Shown: positions 48,111 through 58,242, numbered from the stretch's first letter. The stretch: DNA of 64,000 nucleotides from Candidatus Latescibacterota bacterium (GCA_965248265.1 CBDFJF010000002.1:3296001-3360000); one strand, 5' to 3'. The notes: a model not told the origin generated them from the letters alone. Program-made: numbers and translations.

Positions 48111-49622
48111 TCAAAAGTACTGGCCGACGGCCGCCGACAGCTGCCACACCCGTCCTCTGGCCACATCCACCCGGATCACGGGCGTGCTGTAGACGCGCGG
48201 TAGACCGATCCGCATACCGGCGCCCATGGCAACACGCAGGTCGGGATCCATGGAGGGTGGCGACCAGGCCGTGCCGGCGTCCACGAAGACGGCCGCCGCC
48301 AGCACATAGTCAGGCGTTGCCACGAAGGTGGGGCGCGCCTCCAGGTTGAGGATGAGGCGACGGCTGCCGTCCAGACTGCGGGGCTCGTAACCCCGCAGGC
48401 CACGCTCAACACCGAGCAGGAACTGGGCGGCATCCTCGGGACGACTGACGGTGTCAAATCTGAATCGCATCGCCACCGAGTGAATCTCATGCACGCGGTG
48501 GTAGGTCCGCAATTGCGTCGAGGTAAGCAGGTTCCGGTACTGACCGTTCTCGATTCGTGAGCTGATTGAGAAGCTGGCGAAAGCGAATGTCGACCGACCG
48601 ATGACGATCCGTGGCACCAGTAGTGCCGACACTATGGGAAAGTTGCGGTCCGACCCAAGGCGGCGATTGGATAGGGACGTGCGAACGGTCACCCAGCTGC
48701 CTACCTGCAGATCCTCCAGTCGTCCCAACTGTTGCACGTAGCGAGCACGACGGTAACGCGGTTGCCAGAGGGTGATGCCGACGGACGGCAGCACGCGGCG
48801 CCGATCTACCGGCGCATAGGCGAATCCGTTTGTTGTCTCGAAACGGCGATCCTGAATGGCGATGGAAAAGCTGGTGCGCAGTTTGTAGTCGCCGCGACTG
48901 GCGGAGTGTCCGACCCAGGCGGAGCCGTGTTCGGAAAAGTTGCGATAACGGGCGGTCAGCGTTCTGCCCGAGTAGAGTCGGCGGATGCTCTCATGGCTGG
49001 AAAGCGAGGTGCCGTAGGCCCAGCGGGTGGACAGCGAGTAGTAGCTCCGGCTCAACGACAGCGCGACATCGTGTCCTTCAGCGGCGGCAGCGAAATCGCT
49101 CGCGAGAGCCAGGCGTGCGTTGGTGATTCTGGGCAGCCGATGGGCCACTGAACCACGGTTTCCCGTTACCGGGTCGTGAGTCAGCTCGACCTGAGCGATC
49201 TGTCCTCGTCCGAGGAAGTTGTAATCCAGGGCCACCAGACCGTAGCTGAGTTCGCTGGCTTCGCCGGAAAACAGCGGTGACAGGGCGCGGGAGTAGAGAT
49301 CCTGAACGACGACGCTCACGTCGACGGTCGTCTCGTCACGAGTTGAGACACAGATCGAGGCATCCCCGAGATAGAGCAGTCGTCTGAGATTGCGTTCGGT
49401 CTCGGTGATGATGGCCGTATCGAGGGTATCACCAACCTCGAACAACAGCTCGCGCTCGATGATCTGTGTCCGTGTTCGCTGGTTGCCGCTGATCGTGATA
49501 TGCTCGATTCGCCGAGCGGGGACCGAGGAAGTTTCTCCCGCCGCGGCGACAGCTTTCCCCGGTGTAGGAGGTGCAGCGAGCAGGCTGATTGCAGCCAGAA
49601 ACCAGAGAAAGAGGTTGATCAT
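48111..49622 (-). CDS. Omp85/BamA-TamA family barrel with a single POTRA domain
   Basis: ITISGNQRTRTQIIEREL POTRA, NFLGRG, GLRGY, FVDAG, GAGMR, C-terminal F. Confidence 0.88.
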   Translation of the reverse strand: MINLFLWFLAAISLLAAPPTPGKAVAAAGETSSVPARRIEHITISGNQRTRTQIIERELLFEVGDTLDTAIITETERNLRRLLYLGDASICVSTRDETTVDVSVVVQDLYSRALSPLFSGEASELSYGLVALDYNFLGRGQIAQVELTHDPVTGNRGSVAHRLPRITNARLALASDFAAAAEGHDVALSLSRSYYSLSTRWAYGTSLSSHESIRRLYSGRTLTARYRNFSEHGSAWVGHSASRGDYKLRTSFSIAIQDRRFETTNGFAYAPVDRRRVLPSVGITLWQPRYRRARYVQQLGRLEDLQVGSWVTVRTSLSNRRLGSDRNFPIVSALLVPRIVIGRSTFAFASFSISSRIENGQYRNLLTSTQLRTYHRVHEIHSVAMRFRFDTVSRPEDAAQFLLGVERGLRGYEPRSLDGSRRLILNLEARPTFVATPDYVLAAAVFVDAGTAWSPPSMDPDLRVAMGAGMRIGLPRVYSTPVIRVDVARGRVWQLSAAVGQYF

Positions 49623-49834
49623 GACAGTAGCGGGCGATGGGTCGCTGCGGTAGACGATCTGATCGATGGGATTCGTGGCTCCTGGAGGTTCGACTCGCAA
49701 GATTGCGGACAAGTTCGGTGAAGAGGGCGAATACACCAACTGGGCGCCGGTTGCTTGCGTATCTCAGGCACCTTGCGTACCATTCATGCGGAGATAAAGA
49801 CCAGTACAACTGCATTGCCTACAAGGGGTTAATC

Positions 49835-50473
49835 ATGACTTACAGGTTCGGATACAAAATCGGATTCGGCGCTGTTCTGACCGCTATATTGTCGGTGTCG
49901 GCACCGGCTGATGCTGATCTTTCCCTGTTTGTTGGTACTGTGGGCTTCGACGAAGAGGCCAATCTGGAAACTGCTCCGGCGTTTGGCCTGAGATGGGGCA
50001 AGGGGAGTTCGATGTTCGGTGGCGAGACGTCGCTGCTGATCGCGCGCCCGCCACGACAGATAGCGGACTCGGAGGAAACCGCGACGGCCATCTTCTATGA
50101 GGGCCGTTTCCTCATCAACATTCCAGCTGGCCAGTTGAAGCCGTTTGTCGGTGTTGGCGTTGGCGCCGTCACGGTGACCTCGACGGATCTTCCCACGGGC
50201 ATTCCTCAGGACACACAGACAGCCTTGTCTTCGGTAACCGATTTGCAGACCAGTACCTCAATCAGCTATGGTGGCGGGCTGCGATATGCGCTCTCCGAGC
50301 GTATGGATGTGCGCCTGGATCTGCGCCAGTACCTGGTTTTCTCAGTCACTGGAGTAGTAACGAGCGCGGCCGCCCAGGAGTTGCAGAATCAGACTGGTCA
50401 AGATCTTCCCAAGAGCGATGACAGTACAGTGCAGTACAACGAGTTGACTGTTGGAGTCTCATTTAATTTCTAA
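49835..50473 (+). CDS. Small outer-membrane beta-barrel (OmpW/Ail-like)
   Basis: Signal peptide, PFVGVGVG, YGGGLRY, VRLDLR, C-terminal VGVSFNF. Confidence 0.85.
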   Translation: MTYRFGYKIGFGAVLTAILSVSAPADADLSLFVGTVGFDEEANLETAPAFGLRWGKGSSMFGGETSLLIARPPRQIADSEETATAIFYEGRFLINIPAGQLKPFVGVGVGAVTVTSTDLPTGIPQDTQTALSSVTDLQTSTSISYGGGLRYALSERMDVRLDLRQYLVFSVTGVVTSAAAQELQNQTGQDLPKSDDSTVQYNELTVGVSFNF

Positions 50474-50541
50474 GACTAGCTGTTAGTTTCAAGTTTTCCT
50501 TCCCTTTCCCTTGTCCTGCCACCTCAATTCAGGGGGGACTC

Positions 50542-51345
50542 TTGGGCCTACTGATCGGATCGTTGGAGGCCCTCGGCGCCAAGATCACCGGTTCGCTGGA
50601 GAACGCCTGGCGCCTGAGTGCCTTCTCTGCCGGGGCGCTGGGTGCCGTCATCCGTTTTTGCGGACATCAGGGGTTCCTGGCAGCCTTTCGCGTTACCTTG
50701 CAGCAGGTGTATTTCACCGGCCTTGAGGCCTTGCCGTTCGTCAGTCTCTTGGCGCTGCTTCTTGGATCGACCGTCATCGTCCAGTCATTGCCGCAGTTAC
50801 AGGGCGTTGGCGCCAACGAGCTGATCGGCAAGATTCTCGTGATCAGCATCGTTCGTGAGCTTGGTCCGATCCTTACGGCCATGGTCGTCATCACGCGATC
50901 GGGAACAGCCATGGCGGCGGAAATGGCTACCAACCGTATCACGGGTCAGGTTGAAGCGCTGGAGTCGATGGGGGTGGATATCCTCCACTATTTGATTGCT
51001 CCCCGGATCCTTGGCTCGATGATCTCTCTTTTTTGTATGGTGATGTATTTCGATGTGATCGCGCTGGTCGGCGGATTCCTCGTGGCCAGCATACGGTTGA
51101 CGATGCCGTTTTCTGTCTACCTGCAGTACATCATCGAATCGCTATCCGCACTGGATCTGTACATTAGTCTTTCCAAGAGCATCCTGTTCGGCCTGGTGAT
51201 AACCCTGTTCTCGTGTTATCACGGCCTGCGGGCGCAGCGCGCTCCGTTCGAAGTGCCGATGGTAGCCAGGTCGGGGGTGATCCAGGCCATGTTTTTCGTC
51301 TTTGTCTCGAGTGCCGTCATCTCGGCGGCCTTTTACTGGATTTGA
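50542..51345 (+). CDS. mlaE: MlaE-family ABC permease
   Basis: RELGPILTA, RSGTAMAAEM, ALESMGVD, PRI motifs. Confidence 0.93.
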   Translation: MGLLIGSLEALGAKITGSLENAWRLSAFSAGALGAVIRFCGHQGFLAAFRVTLQQVYFTGLEALPFVSLLALLLGSTVIVQSLPQLQGVGANELIGKILVISIVRELGPILTAMVVITRSGTAMAAEMATNRITGQVEALESMGVDILHYLIAPRILGSMISLFCMVMYFDVIALVGGFLVASIRLTMPFSVYLQYIIESLSALDLYISLSKSILFGLVITLFSCYHGLRAQRAPFEVPMVARSGVIQAMFFVFVSSAVISAAFYWI

Positions 51346-51348
51346 ACT

Positions 51349-52236
51349 GTGCAGCAAGACGCTTCCGTTCCCCCCACTTTGGTCGAGATGAGAGATGTGA
51401 CGCTGGAGGTCGATGGACAGGTCTATCTGAGTCAGGCCAACTTGGAAGTCCGGGTCGGCGAGTCGCTGATCGTGGCCGGCCTTCCCGGATCGGGTAAGTC
51501 GTTTGTGATCAGGCTCATGCTCGGGCTGCCGGGGCTGGGTTCCGGATTGAGATCCCATCTGGAGGGAGAGGTACTCGTCGATGGTGTTGATGTGGCGGCC
51601 ACGTCAGGTCCGGAACTTCAACAGCTGCGCTCCCGCATGGGTTCCGTTTTGCGTGATGGAGGGCTCATCGAGAACATGGATGTACGTCGTAATATCACGT
51701 TGCCGCTGACGTATCACCACCGCACAAGCATGGGCAAGGCAGACATCGATGAGCGCTGTGATCTGCTGCTACAGGATCTGGGGCTGTCCCAACTCAACAG
51801 GCCGGGATTGCGCCCGGTCGGACTCAACAGAGAAGAGCGTATCTACGTGTCCCTGGCCAGAGCGCTGGCCAACGAGCCTTTCCTGCTCTTGATGGATGAT
51901 CCGGCGGCAGGTTTGAGTCCCGGTTGTGCGGCCCAGTTGAGTGATGCGTGCTTCGGCTACTATCCACGGTTTCCCACCCACCCTGAAACACAACCACCGA
52001 GCACGCTGCCGCTCACCCGTGTGACTACAACGTCGGATATCGGTCGCTATATGGCGTTCGGCGATCGCTTCGTCGTTCTCCATGAGCAGCAGCTCCACGA
52101 GGTCGGCGGGCGTGATGCCGTGGCGGCGAGTTCGGAAGCCCATGTGAGGATGTTACGTTCAGAGACTACCCAGGGTGCCAGCGGGGAGGGAAGTGCATTG
52201 CAGTCGCCGATGACACAACCTCCAGTCGAAGCCTGA
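51349..52236 (+). CDS. MlaF-like ABC ATP-binding protein with degenerate motifs
   Basis: Walker A GLPGSGKS intact; signature reads GLNREER, Walker B reads LLMDDP, switch His absent. Confidence 0.8.
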   Translation: MQQDASVPPTLVEMRDVTLEVDGQVYLSQANLEVRVGESLIVAGLPGSGKSFVIRLMLGLPGLGSGLRSHLEGEVLVDGVDVAATSGPELQQLRSRMGSVLRDGGLIENMDVRRNITLPLTYHHRTSMGKADIDERCDLLLQDLGLSQLNRPGLRPVGLNREERIYVSLARALANEPFLLLMDDPAAGLSPGCAAQLSDACFGYYPRFPTHPETQPPSTLPLTRVTTTSDIGRYMAFGDRFVVLHEQQLHEVGGRDAVAASSEAHVRMLRSETTQGASGEGSALQSPMTQPPVEA

Positions 52237-52258
52237 AGAAGAGGGAGAAAAGTAGACG

Positions 52259-53221
52259 GTGAGTGAACGCGGAAACAAAGTGATGCTGAACGAGTCGAAG
52301 GCCGGGCACATCATGGTCGGCCTTTTCGTCGTCGTGGCAGCGGTGGCGTTTGGGTGGCTGCTGATCAGCCAGCAGCAGGGTCCGGACGACTACTCCATCG
52401 TCGCTGAATTCGACACCATGGGCAGCATTAACGAAGCGACCAAAGTCAAGCTGAGAGGATTTACCATAGGCCAGGTCAAGGACGTTGATTTTCGTCCCCG
52501 GCCCCCGAGCGGGGAAGCCTACTTCCTGGTTGAGCTGGGCATCGACAAGCGCTATGAGGTCCCCCGGGGAACGATCGCGGAAATCCGCGGCAGTGGGCTG
52601 GTTGGGGAGGCGTTCGTCCATCTGGACGTCACTGAAGCTGGAGTGCTGCCGCTGGAAAAAGGGGAGCGAATCAAGGGTCGGTCAGACCCCGGGATGAAGG
52701 ATCTGACCGCGAAGATCAAGGACGCGGCGCTAAAGCTGGGGGGAGCCGGCAGTTCGCTGGCGAACGCCGATTTGGGGAACAGGCTGGGAAGCATTAGCAA
52801 GAACGTCTCACGTATCGCCGACGACCTGGGTCGAGTGACGCGCAGTGCTGACAGCCTGCTCATTGTCAGTCGTCACATGATGCACGGCATGGAGCCAGGG
52901 CTGCAGCGGACCGTCGACGGCATGGATCGCAGTCTGGCACATCTGGCCATGACCCTGAGCCGTACGGACACACTGATCGCGGGTACCAGCGAGGATGTGC
53001 GCAGTTCCGTACGCGCGCTGCGCTTGATGGTAGAGCGCATGGACAAGGTACTCCAGCGCGTCGATACGCTGGTGCAGTACAAAGAACAGGAGATCGACGA
53101 GACGCTGACCAATCTGCACCAGGCATCATCAGCTGTGCGCGAAATAACGCAGCACCCCTGGAAGCTCATCACCGGTCAGGGGATCGAGGACGACTCTAAC
53201 GGGGCCGAGGACTCAAACTAG
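52259..53221 (+). CDS. MlaD/MCE-family protein with long helical C-terminus
   Basis: VGLFVV TM, VKLRGFTIGQV, GLVGEAFV, coiled-coil tail ending HPWKLI. Confidence 0.92.
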   Translation: MSERGNKVMLNESKAGHIMVGLFVVVAAVAFGWLLISQQQGPDDYSIVAEFDTMGSINEATKVKLRGFTIGQVKDVDFRPRPPSGEAYFLVELGIDKRYEVPRGTIAEIRGSGLVGEAFVHLDVTEAGVLPLEKGERIKGRSDPGMKDLTAKIKDAALKLGGAGSSLANADLGNRLGSISKNVSRIADDLGRVTRSADSLLIVSRHMMHGMEPGLQRTVDGMDRSLAHLAMTLSRTDTLIAGTSEDVRSSVRALRLMVERMDKVLQRVDTLVQYKEQEIDETLTNLHQASSAVREITQHPWKLITGQGIEDDSNGAEDSN

Positions 53222-53234
53222 GAATCAGAGGGCC

Positions 53235-53813
53235 GTGGACGGCGAGACCAGCATTCGGGAATTGCGGCAGCAGCTGATTCGGGCAAGGCAAGAGTGTGAC
53301 CCGGATCTGCTGCAGCATGTGCTGGAGGGTGTGTCCAGCCTTGCGGGAGACGGCTATCGGTGCTGTCTTGTGGACTACTCCGCCTGCAAACCGGCTGCCT
53401 ATGTCCGCGTCGTCGGTTTCGAGCGCTCCCGCGTCAAAACCCAGCTGGAGTTCCCGATCGATCCAGGATTGAGTTCCGAGCAATGGCTGCCCCTGTCGCA
53501 TCTGGCAGATTATGAAGAAGCCGCCGATCCTGAGAGCATCAAGCGCATCTATGACGGTGTGTCTGCGTACGTGCACCATCCAGAGGCTGAATTGGTTGAG
53601 GAAACGCCGCAACTGGAGGCCTTCTTACCCGTCGCTGTGCCGAGCGCCGGCAAGGCAGCTGCGCATCGGGGGGCCAAGGGGCACGCGAAGTCCGGGCGCG
53701 ACAAGGTCAGGAGACCCATGCCACGCTCGCACATCGCATGGTGGTTCTTTGCCGGCGCCCTGATGGCGGTGAGCCTGATGATTTTCGCTGGCGCCAGCCG
53801 GACGTTCATGTAG
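53235..53813 (+). CDS. Hypothetical protein with C-terminal TM helix
   Basis: 192 aa ORF in operon context; C-terminal WWFFAGALMAVSLMIF. Confidence 0.65.
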   Translation: MDGETSIRELRQQLIRARQECDPDLLQHVLEGVSSLAGDGYRCCLVDYSACKPAAYVRVVGFERSRVKTQLEFPIDPGLSSEQWLPLSHLADYEEAADPESIKRIYDGVSAYVHHPEAELVEETPQLEAFLPVAVPSAGKAAAHRGAKGHAKSGRDKVRRPMPRSHIAWWFFAGALMAVSLMIFAGASRTFM

Positions 53814-53835
53814 GGGATTGGAGAGTGGTGTCGAT

Positions 53836-54020
53836 ATGAGTGACGACGTCAAGGCTTGCCTGGAGGAGTGGGTTGAAGGCGGCGAATCGATGGAGGGCTT
53901 CGTCCTGCGGTACGCCCACCTGGAGGGTATCGCCAAGCCCTGGCCGCAATGCAGGCGTTCACGGGAGCCTTCATGATGGCGATGTTCGTGGCCCTATTCG
54001 GCAAGAGGATGACCCGGTGA
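53836..54020 (+). pseudogene. Internally deleted remnant of a pentapeptide/ion-channel paralog
   Basis: CLEEWVEGGESMEGFVLRYAHLEG joined with a 1-nt shift to LAAMQAFTGAFMMAMFVALFGKRMTR*. These match both ends of the 46030..47040 protein. Confidence 0.85.
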
Positions 54021-54679
54021 TTGTGAGGTGCGTGATGATTCTTGCCATCATCCTCGGCGTTGCCAGTGCCGTTGGTGGGCAACCCCTTACTGCCGCCCAA
54101 GAGGCCTTCCAAAAGGGTTACGCCTATCACACAGGCGAAGGTCAGGAAGCCAATCAGGATCTGGCACGACGATACTATCTTCAGGCAGTGAAACTCGACC
54201 CGACGCTGTTCCCGGCGTTGTCGAATCTGGGCTTGATTTACTATGGAACCAAGAATTACAAAAAGGCCAAATACTACTACTCTGAGGCGATCAAGGCGGC
54301 ACGTGGCAATGACGGCATTACCGGGCGCGAAGAGGCCAAGGTTTCCAGTGACCTGGGTGGCTGTTATTTCCAGGAGGGAAACTTGCTAGAGTCGGAGAAA
54401 TGGTTTCGCGCCGCGATCGCCCAAGATACCGGTCTCGTGGAGGCCCACTACAACCTCATCAACCTGCTGTTGAAGCAAGATCGGAGGGATGAGGCGCGCA
54501 TGGCCATGGCCGTGGCCGAACGGGTAGCCCCCAGCACCCGCTACGGCTTATTCGAAGGACGTCTTCGCGGAAAGCAGAGCTGGGATGAATGGAACCCGGC
54601 ATGGGTCAAGGTCATTGCTGGCGCCGTCCCCCTCGGCCTCCTCGTGTTGCTACTATTGCGCTGGTTGAAGAATCGCTAA
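54017..54679 (+). CDS. Tetratricopeptide-repeat membrane protein
   Basis: Signal peptide, ALSNLGLIY, SDLGGCY, AHYNL TPRs, C-terminal TM. Confidence 0.85.
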   Translation: MIVRCVMILAIILGVASAVGGQPLTAAQEAFQKGYAYHTGEGQEANQDLARRYYLQAVKLDPTLFPALSNLGLIYYGTKNYKKAKYYYSEAIKAARGNDGITGREEAKVSSDLGGCYFQEGNLLESEKWFRAAIAQDTGLVEAHYNLINLLLKQDRRDEARMAMAVAERVAPSTRYGLFEGRLRGKQSWDEWNPAWVKVIAGAVPLGLLVLLLLRWLKNR

Positions 54680-54697
54680 AGGTGTGCGTATAATTGA

Positions 54698-54868
54698 TGT
54701 GTTCGGCTCCGTGGTAATAGGGAAGGCGGTGCAAATCCGCCGCGGTCGCGCCACTGTAACCGGCGAGTTGTCCTAGCAAACGAATCCGCAGCATCTCCAC
54801 TGACTCCGATTCGGAGTTGGGAAGGAGGCGGAAGCGTTTTAGCCGGAAGCCAGGAGACCTGCCCGGAG
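54698..54868 (+). ncRNA. Cobalamin (AdoCbl) riboswitch
   Basis: AATAGGGAA-GGCGGTGCAAATCCGCC-GCGGTCGCGCCACTGTAA...CCACTG...TGGGAAGG...AAGCCAGGAGACCTGCC (B12 box), upstream of btu genes. Confidence 0.96.
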
Positions 54869-54975
54869 TCTGGAGTTCAGTATCGCCTTCGCGGGAAAGG
54901 CCGACCTCCACCAGGGCTGTATCGTGGCCTGTAGACGAGTCGAGCCGACCTGCGTTCCTGGAGGTCGGCTTTTCT

Positions 54976-55827
54976 ATGAGTGACGTGACTGTCCCCGTGC
55001 CTTCGTTCGAACTGATCTCGGTCTCGGCCGGGTACCGAGCCGGTGAGACCGTGATCGAGCAGATTGATCTGCGGGTGGAGGAAGGCTCGTTCACGGGACT
55101 GATTGGACCGAACGGGTGTGGCAAGACAACGCTCTTAAGGGTGATGTCGGGGATCATCAGGCCGGCTGTGGGTACCGTTTTCCTAGACGGCAAGATGCTC
55201 GAACAGTTGTCAAGGCGGGAAATCGCCTGTCATTGTGCGGTGGTGCCCCAGGAAGCACCCATCTCCTTCGCTTTCACGGTGCGTGAGACGGTCACCATGG
55301 GCAGACATCCCTACGTCGGCCGCTTCCGCTCACTCAGCGACGTCGACGAGGGCATCGTCGATGAGGTGATGGCCCGTACGGCTACCGACCATCTAGCGGA
55401 TCGCAGCGTCCTGGAACTGTCCGGGGGCGAGCGTCAACGCGTCATCATCGCCCGAGCCTTGTGTCAGCGACCGCAGGTACTGCTCCTCGACGAACCCACA
55501 GCCCATCTCGATATCAATCATCAGATAGAGCTTCTTGAACTCCTGAGCGAACTCAGCGACAAACAGCGACTGACGATCGTTTGTGCGACCCACGACCTCA
55601 ACCACGCCTCCGCGTACTGTGACCGGATTCTGCTGATGCAAGATGGACGTTCACGTGCCTTTGGCACTCCGGGGCAGGTCATCACACGTGACGCCATTCT
55701 GGATACCTACGGCGTGGATGTTCATATCGAGTATGGTGATGACCGGCCGTTCATCGTGCCGGTGTCTTCACGCCGCCGCCTGGCTGCCGCTTCAGCTGCC
55801 TCCAGCTCTGCGGGATTCGGGATATGA
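54976..55827 (+). CDS. Cobalamin ABC transporter ATPase (BtuD/FepC-like)
   Basis: GPNGCGKT, LSGGERQR, LLLDEPT, THD. Confidence 0.93.
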   Translation: MSDVTVPVPSFELISVSAGYRAGETVIEQIDLRVEEGSFTGLIGPNGCGKTTLLRVMSGIIRPAVGTVFLDGKMLEQLSRREIACHCAVVPQEAPISFAFTVRETVTMGRHPYVGRFRSLSDVDEGIVDEVMARTATDHLADRSVLELSGGERQRVIIARALCQRPQVLLLDEPTAHLDINHQIELLELLSELSDKQRLTIVCATHDLNHASAYCDRILLMQDGRSRAFGTPGQVITRDAILDTYGVDVHIEYGDDRPFIVPVSSRRRLAAASAASSSAGFGI

Positions 55828-56756
55828 GGCGCCCGTTGTGGGCGTGGATGCTGGCAGCTGTCATGGCGCTGCCCGCGATTTTGGTGTCTTACGTGAGTGC
55901 TCAAGCCGGCGACGGTGAGGGTCTCTTCAGCGCAGTCGATGCCCGCGGTGTCACCGTCGATCTCGCTCGGCAACCCATGCGGTTGGTGTCGCTGGCGCCG
56001 AGTAACACCGAACTGCTCTTTGCCCTTGGGGTCGGTCGGCGAATCGTGGGCGTGACGGAATACTGTGATTTTCCCGATGAGGCCGGGGCCATCGCGAAAG
56101 TAGCTTCGTACTCTGACATGAGCGTGGAGCGGATCATGGCGGTGAATCCCGACCTGGTCCTGGCGGCCCGCGGCAATGACCTGGAGGGCCTCAGAAGCCT
56201 GCAGGAGCTGGGGGTGCCGGCCGTTGCCCTCGATGTGCAGACCATTCCGGAGTTACTGAGCGCCGTCGGGAGGGTGGGACGATTGCTTGGAGTCACAGCG
56301 GCGGCGGATTCTCTGAGTCGCGGCTTGAGCCGACGTGCGGCCACTGTTTCCGCGTCAATCCAGGATATTCCGATCGTTCAAAGGCCAAGGGTAATGTGGG
56401 GTTACTGGGGGGATCCAATTTTCACGGCGGGACCCGGATCGCTGATCGATCACCTCATCCGTGAGGCGGGAGGCATCAATGTCGCTGGCGAGGCGCCAGT
56501 GAGATGGCCCCAGGTCAGTCTCGAGTCGGTAGTGGATTGGGCCCCCGATGTTCTCGTCACCACGCACCTGCCGTCCGATTTCACGGCCATGTCCTCGGAA
56601 ATCGAAAAGCTGCGTGCGATGGATGGCTGGCGCTCACTTCCGGCGGTACGAGAGGGTCACGTATATCACATCGAGGCCAACGTCTTCACGCGCTCAGGTC
56701 CGCGTATGGTCGAAGGCCTGGAGCGACTCGCAGCCATCCTGAAGACGATTGACTGA
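55824..56756 (+). CDS. btuF: Cobalamin-binding periplasmic protein
   Basis: RLVSLAPSNTELLFALG, VGVTEYCDFP, PDLV, RSGPR; riboswitch context. Confidence 0.9.
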   Translation: MRRPLWAWMLAAVMALPAILVSYVSAQAGDGEGLFSAVDARGVTVDLARQPMRLVSLAPSNTELLFALGVGRRIVGVTEYCDFPDEAGAIAKVASYSDMSVERIMAVNPDLVLAARGNDLEGLRSLQELGVPAVALDVQTIPELLSAVGRVGRLLGVTAAADSLSRGLSRRAATVSASIQDIPIVQRPRVMWGYWGDPIFTAGPGSLIDHLIREAGGINVAGEAPVRWPQVSLESVVDWAPDVLVTTHLPSDFTAMSSEIEKLRAMDGWRSLPAVREGHVYHIEANVFTRSGPRMVEGLERLAAILKTID

Positions 56757-57795
56757 AACGACCTCTACGCATCGAGTTCCCAATCATCCAATCCGGCGCC
56801 TGGCAGTGGCCATTCCGTTGCTGTGTGGGGTGTTGGTTTGTCTGATGCTGATGTCGCTGGGCATCGGCCCCGTTTCCGTGGAGCCATCCAAGGTCGTAGC
56901 CCTCTTGCTGGCTCCTGATGCCGACGACGAGTCGACTGAAGCAGAGGCCATCATCGTGCGTACGATTCGTCCGCCCCGGGTTCTGTTGGCCGTCCTCATT
57001 GGAGCCCTGCTGTCGTTGAGTGGGGCCGTGATGCAGGGGCTCTTTCAGAATCCGATGGCCGATCCGTATGTCGTGGGCGTGTCCTCCGGGGCGGCGTTGG
57101 GGGCAACAATCGCGCTGTCGCTTTCACTCGAAGCATGGCTGTGGGGCATTCACTCGGTATCGTTGTTCGCTTTCGTAGGGGCTCTTGGGGTGACTCTGAT
57201 CGTGTACGGTATCTCCGTGCGGGGCGGCAAGGTGCCGGTGTCGGTCTTGCTGTTGACGGGGGTCGCCATCGGCTCACTGGCGGCTGCGTTGACTTCCTTC
57301 CTGATGATGATGAGCAACCAGAATCTACACCGTATTCTGTATTGGCTCCTCGGTGGATTGGCCTCACGCCGCTGGGAGCATGTGGAGATGGTGTGGCCTT
57401 ACGCTCTTGTCGGCGTGGTCGTGTTGCAGGTATTCGCGCGCGATCTCAACCTCCTGCTGCAGGGAGAGGAGAGTGCTCAACACCTGGGAGTCAATGTCGA
57501 GCGGGTCAAACTGCTGTTGCTGGGTACTGCCGCTTTGTTGACTGCCGCCGCCGTGGCTGTCAGTGGGATTGTCGGCTTCGTCGGTCTGTTGGTGCCGCAC
57601 ATCATGCGCTTGCTCGTCGGTCCGGATCATCGCAGGTTGTTTCCTGCGTGTGCTCTGGGGGGAGCCATCCTCGTCGTCGGGGCCGATATCCTGGCCCGAA
57701 CGTTGATTGCGCCAGCAGAGATTCCCCTTGGGGTGATCACGTCGATGCTGGGTTGTCCTTTTTTCCTGTTCCTCCTTCACCGCAGGCGTCTTTAA
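56749..57795 (+). CDS. btuC: Cobalamin ABC permease (BtuC/FecCD)
   Basis: QGLFQNPMADP, GVSSGA, GFVGLLVPH, EIPLG. Confidence 0.92.
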   Translation: MTETTSTHRVPNHPIRRLAVAIPLLCGVLVCLMLMSLGIGPVSVEPSKVVALLLAPDADDESTEAEAIIVRTIRPPRVLLAVLIGALLSLSGAVMQGLFQNPMADPYVVGVSSGAALGATIALSLSLEAWLWGIHSVSLFAFVGALGVTLIVYGISVRGGKVPVSVLLLTGVAIGSLAAALTSFLMMMSNQNLHRILYWLLGGLASRRWEHVEMVWPYALVGVVVLQVFARDLNLLLQGEESAQHLGVNVERVKLLLLGTAALLTAAAVAVSGIVGFVGLLVPHIMRLLVGPDHRRLFPACALGGAILVVGADILARTLIAPAEIPLGVITSMLGCPFFLFLLHRRRL

Positions 57796-58239
57796 ATGGA
57801 GATTTCGAGAAGGAGGTTCCTACGCGGTCTGCCCGCTACCGTCGCGGGTATTACAGCTGGTGCGACGCTCGAGAGTACAACAGGTTGCGCGATCGCGGCG
57901 AGTTATCACGTGACCGCTGTGAAAGGGCGTGTGGCGATCTCCGTAAGCGAGGTGCAGGCTCGTATGGGGGAGCAGGACGCGTTGATCCTGCGGGGGACAG
58001 ACCTGCCAGAGGCCGTATTGCTCTTGAGGCGACCCTCCGGCTTCACCGCTTTGGGTACGACGTGCACCCACCTGGGATGCTCGGTGCGCCCCGGAAAGGG
58101 GCAACTGCAGTGCCCATGTCATGGTTCGAGTTTCGATCTTACGGGAGCTGTCGTTCGCGGGCCGGCTCAACGACCACTCAATCGGTACCCTGTATCGGTG
58201 AGCGGGGATGAACTGTTCGTGAGGGTGGAGGGGGTGTGA
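57796..58239 (+). CDS. Tat-exported Rieske [2Fe-2S] protein
   Basis: SRRRFL twin-arginine signal, CTHLGC, CPCHGS. Confidence 0.93.
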   Translation: MEISRRRFLRGLPATVAGITAGATLESTTGCAIAASYHVTAVKGRVAISVSEVQARMGEQDALILRGTDLPEAVLLLRRPSGFTALGTTCTHLGCSVRPGKGQLQCPCHGSSFDLTGAVVRGPAQRPLNRYPVSVSGDELFVRVEGV

Positions 58240-58242
58240 AGG

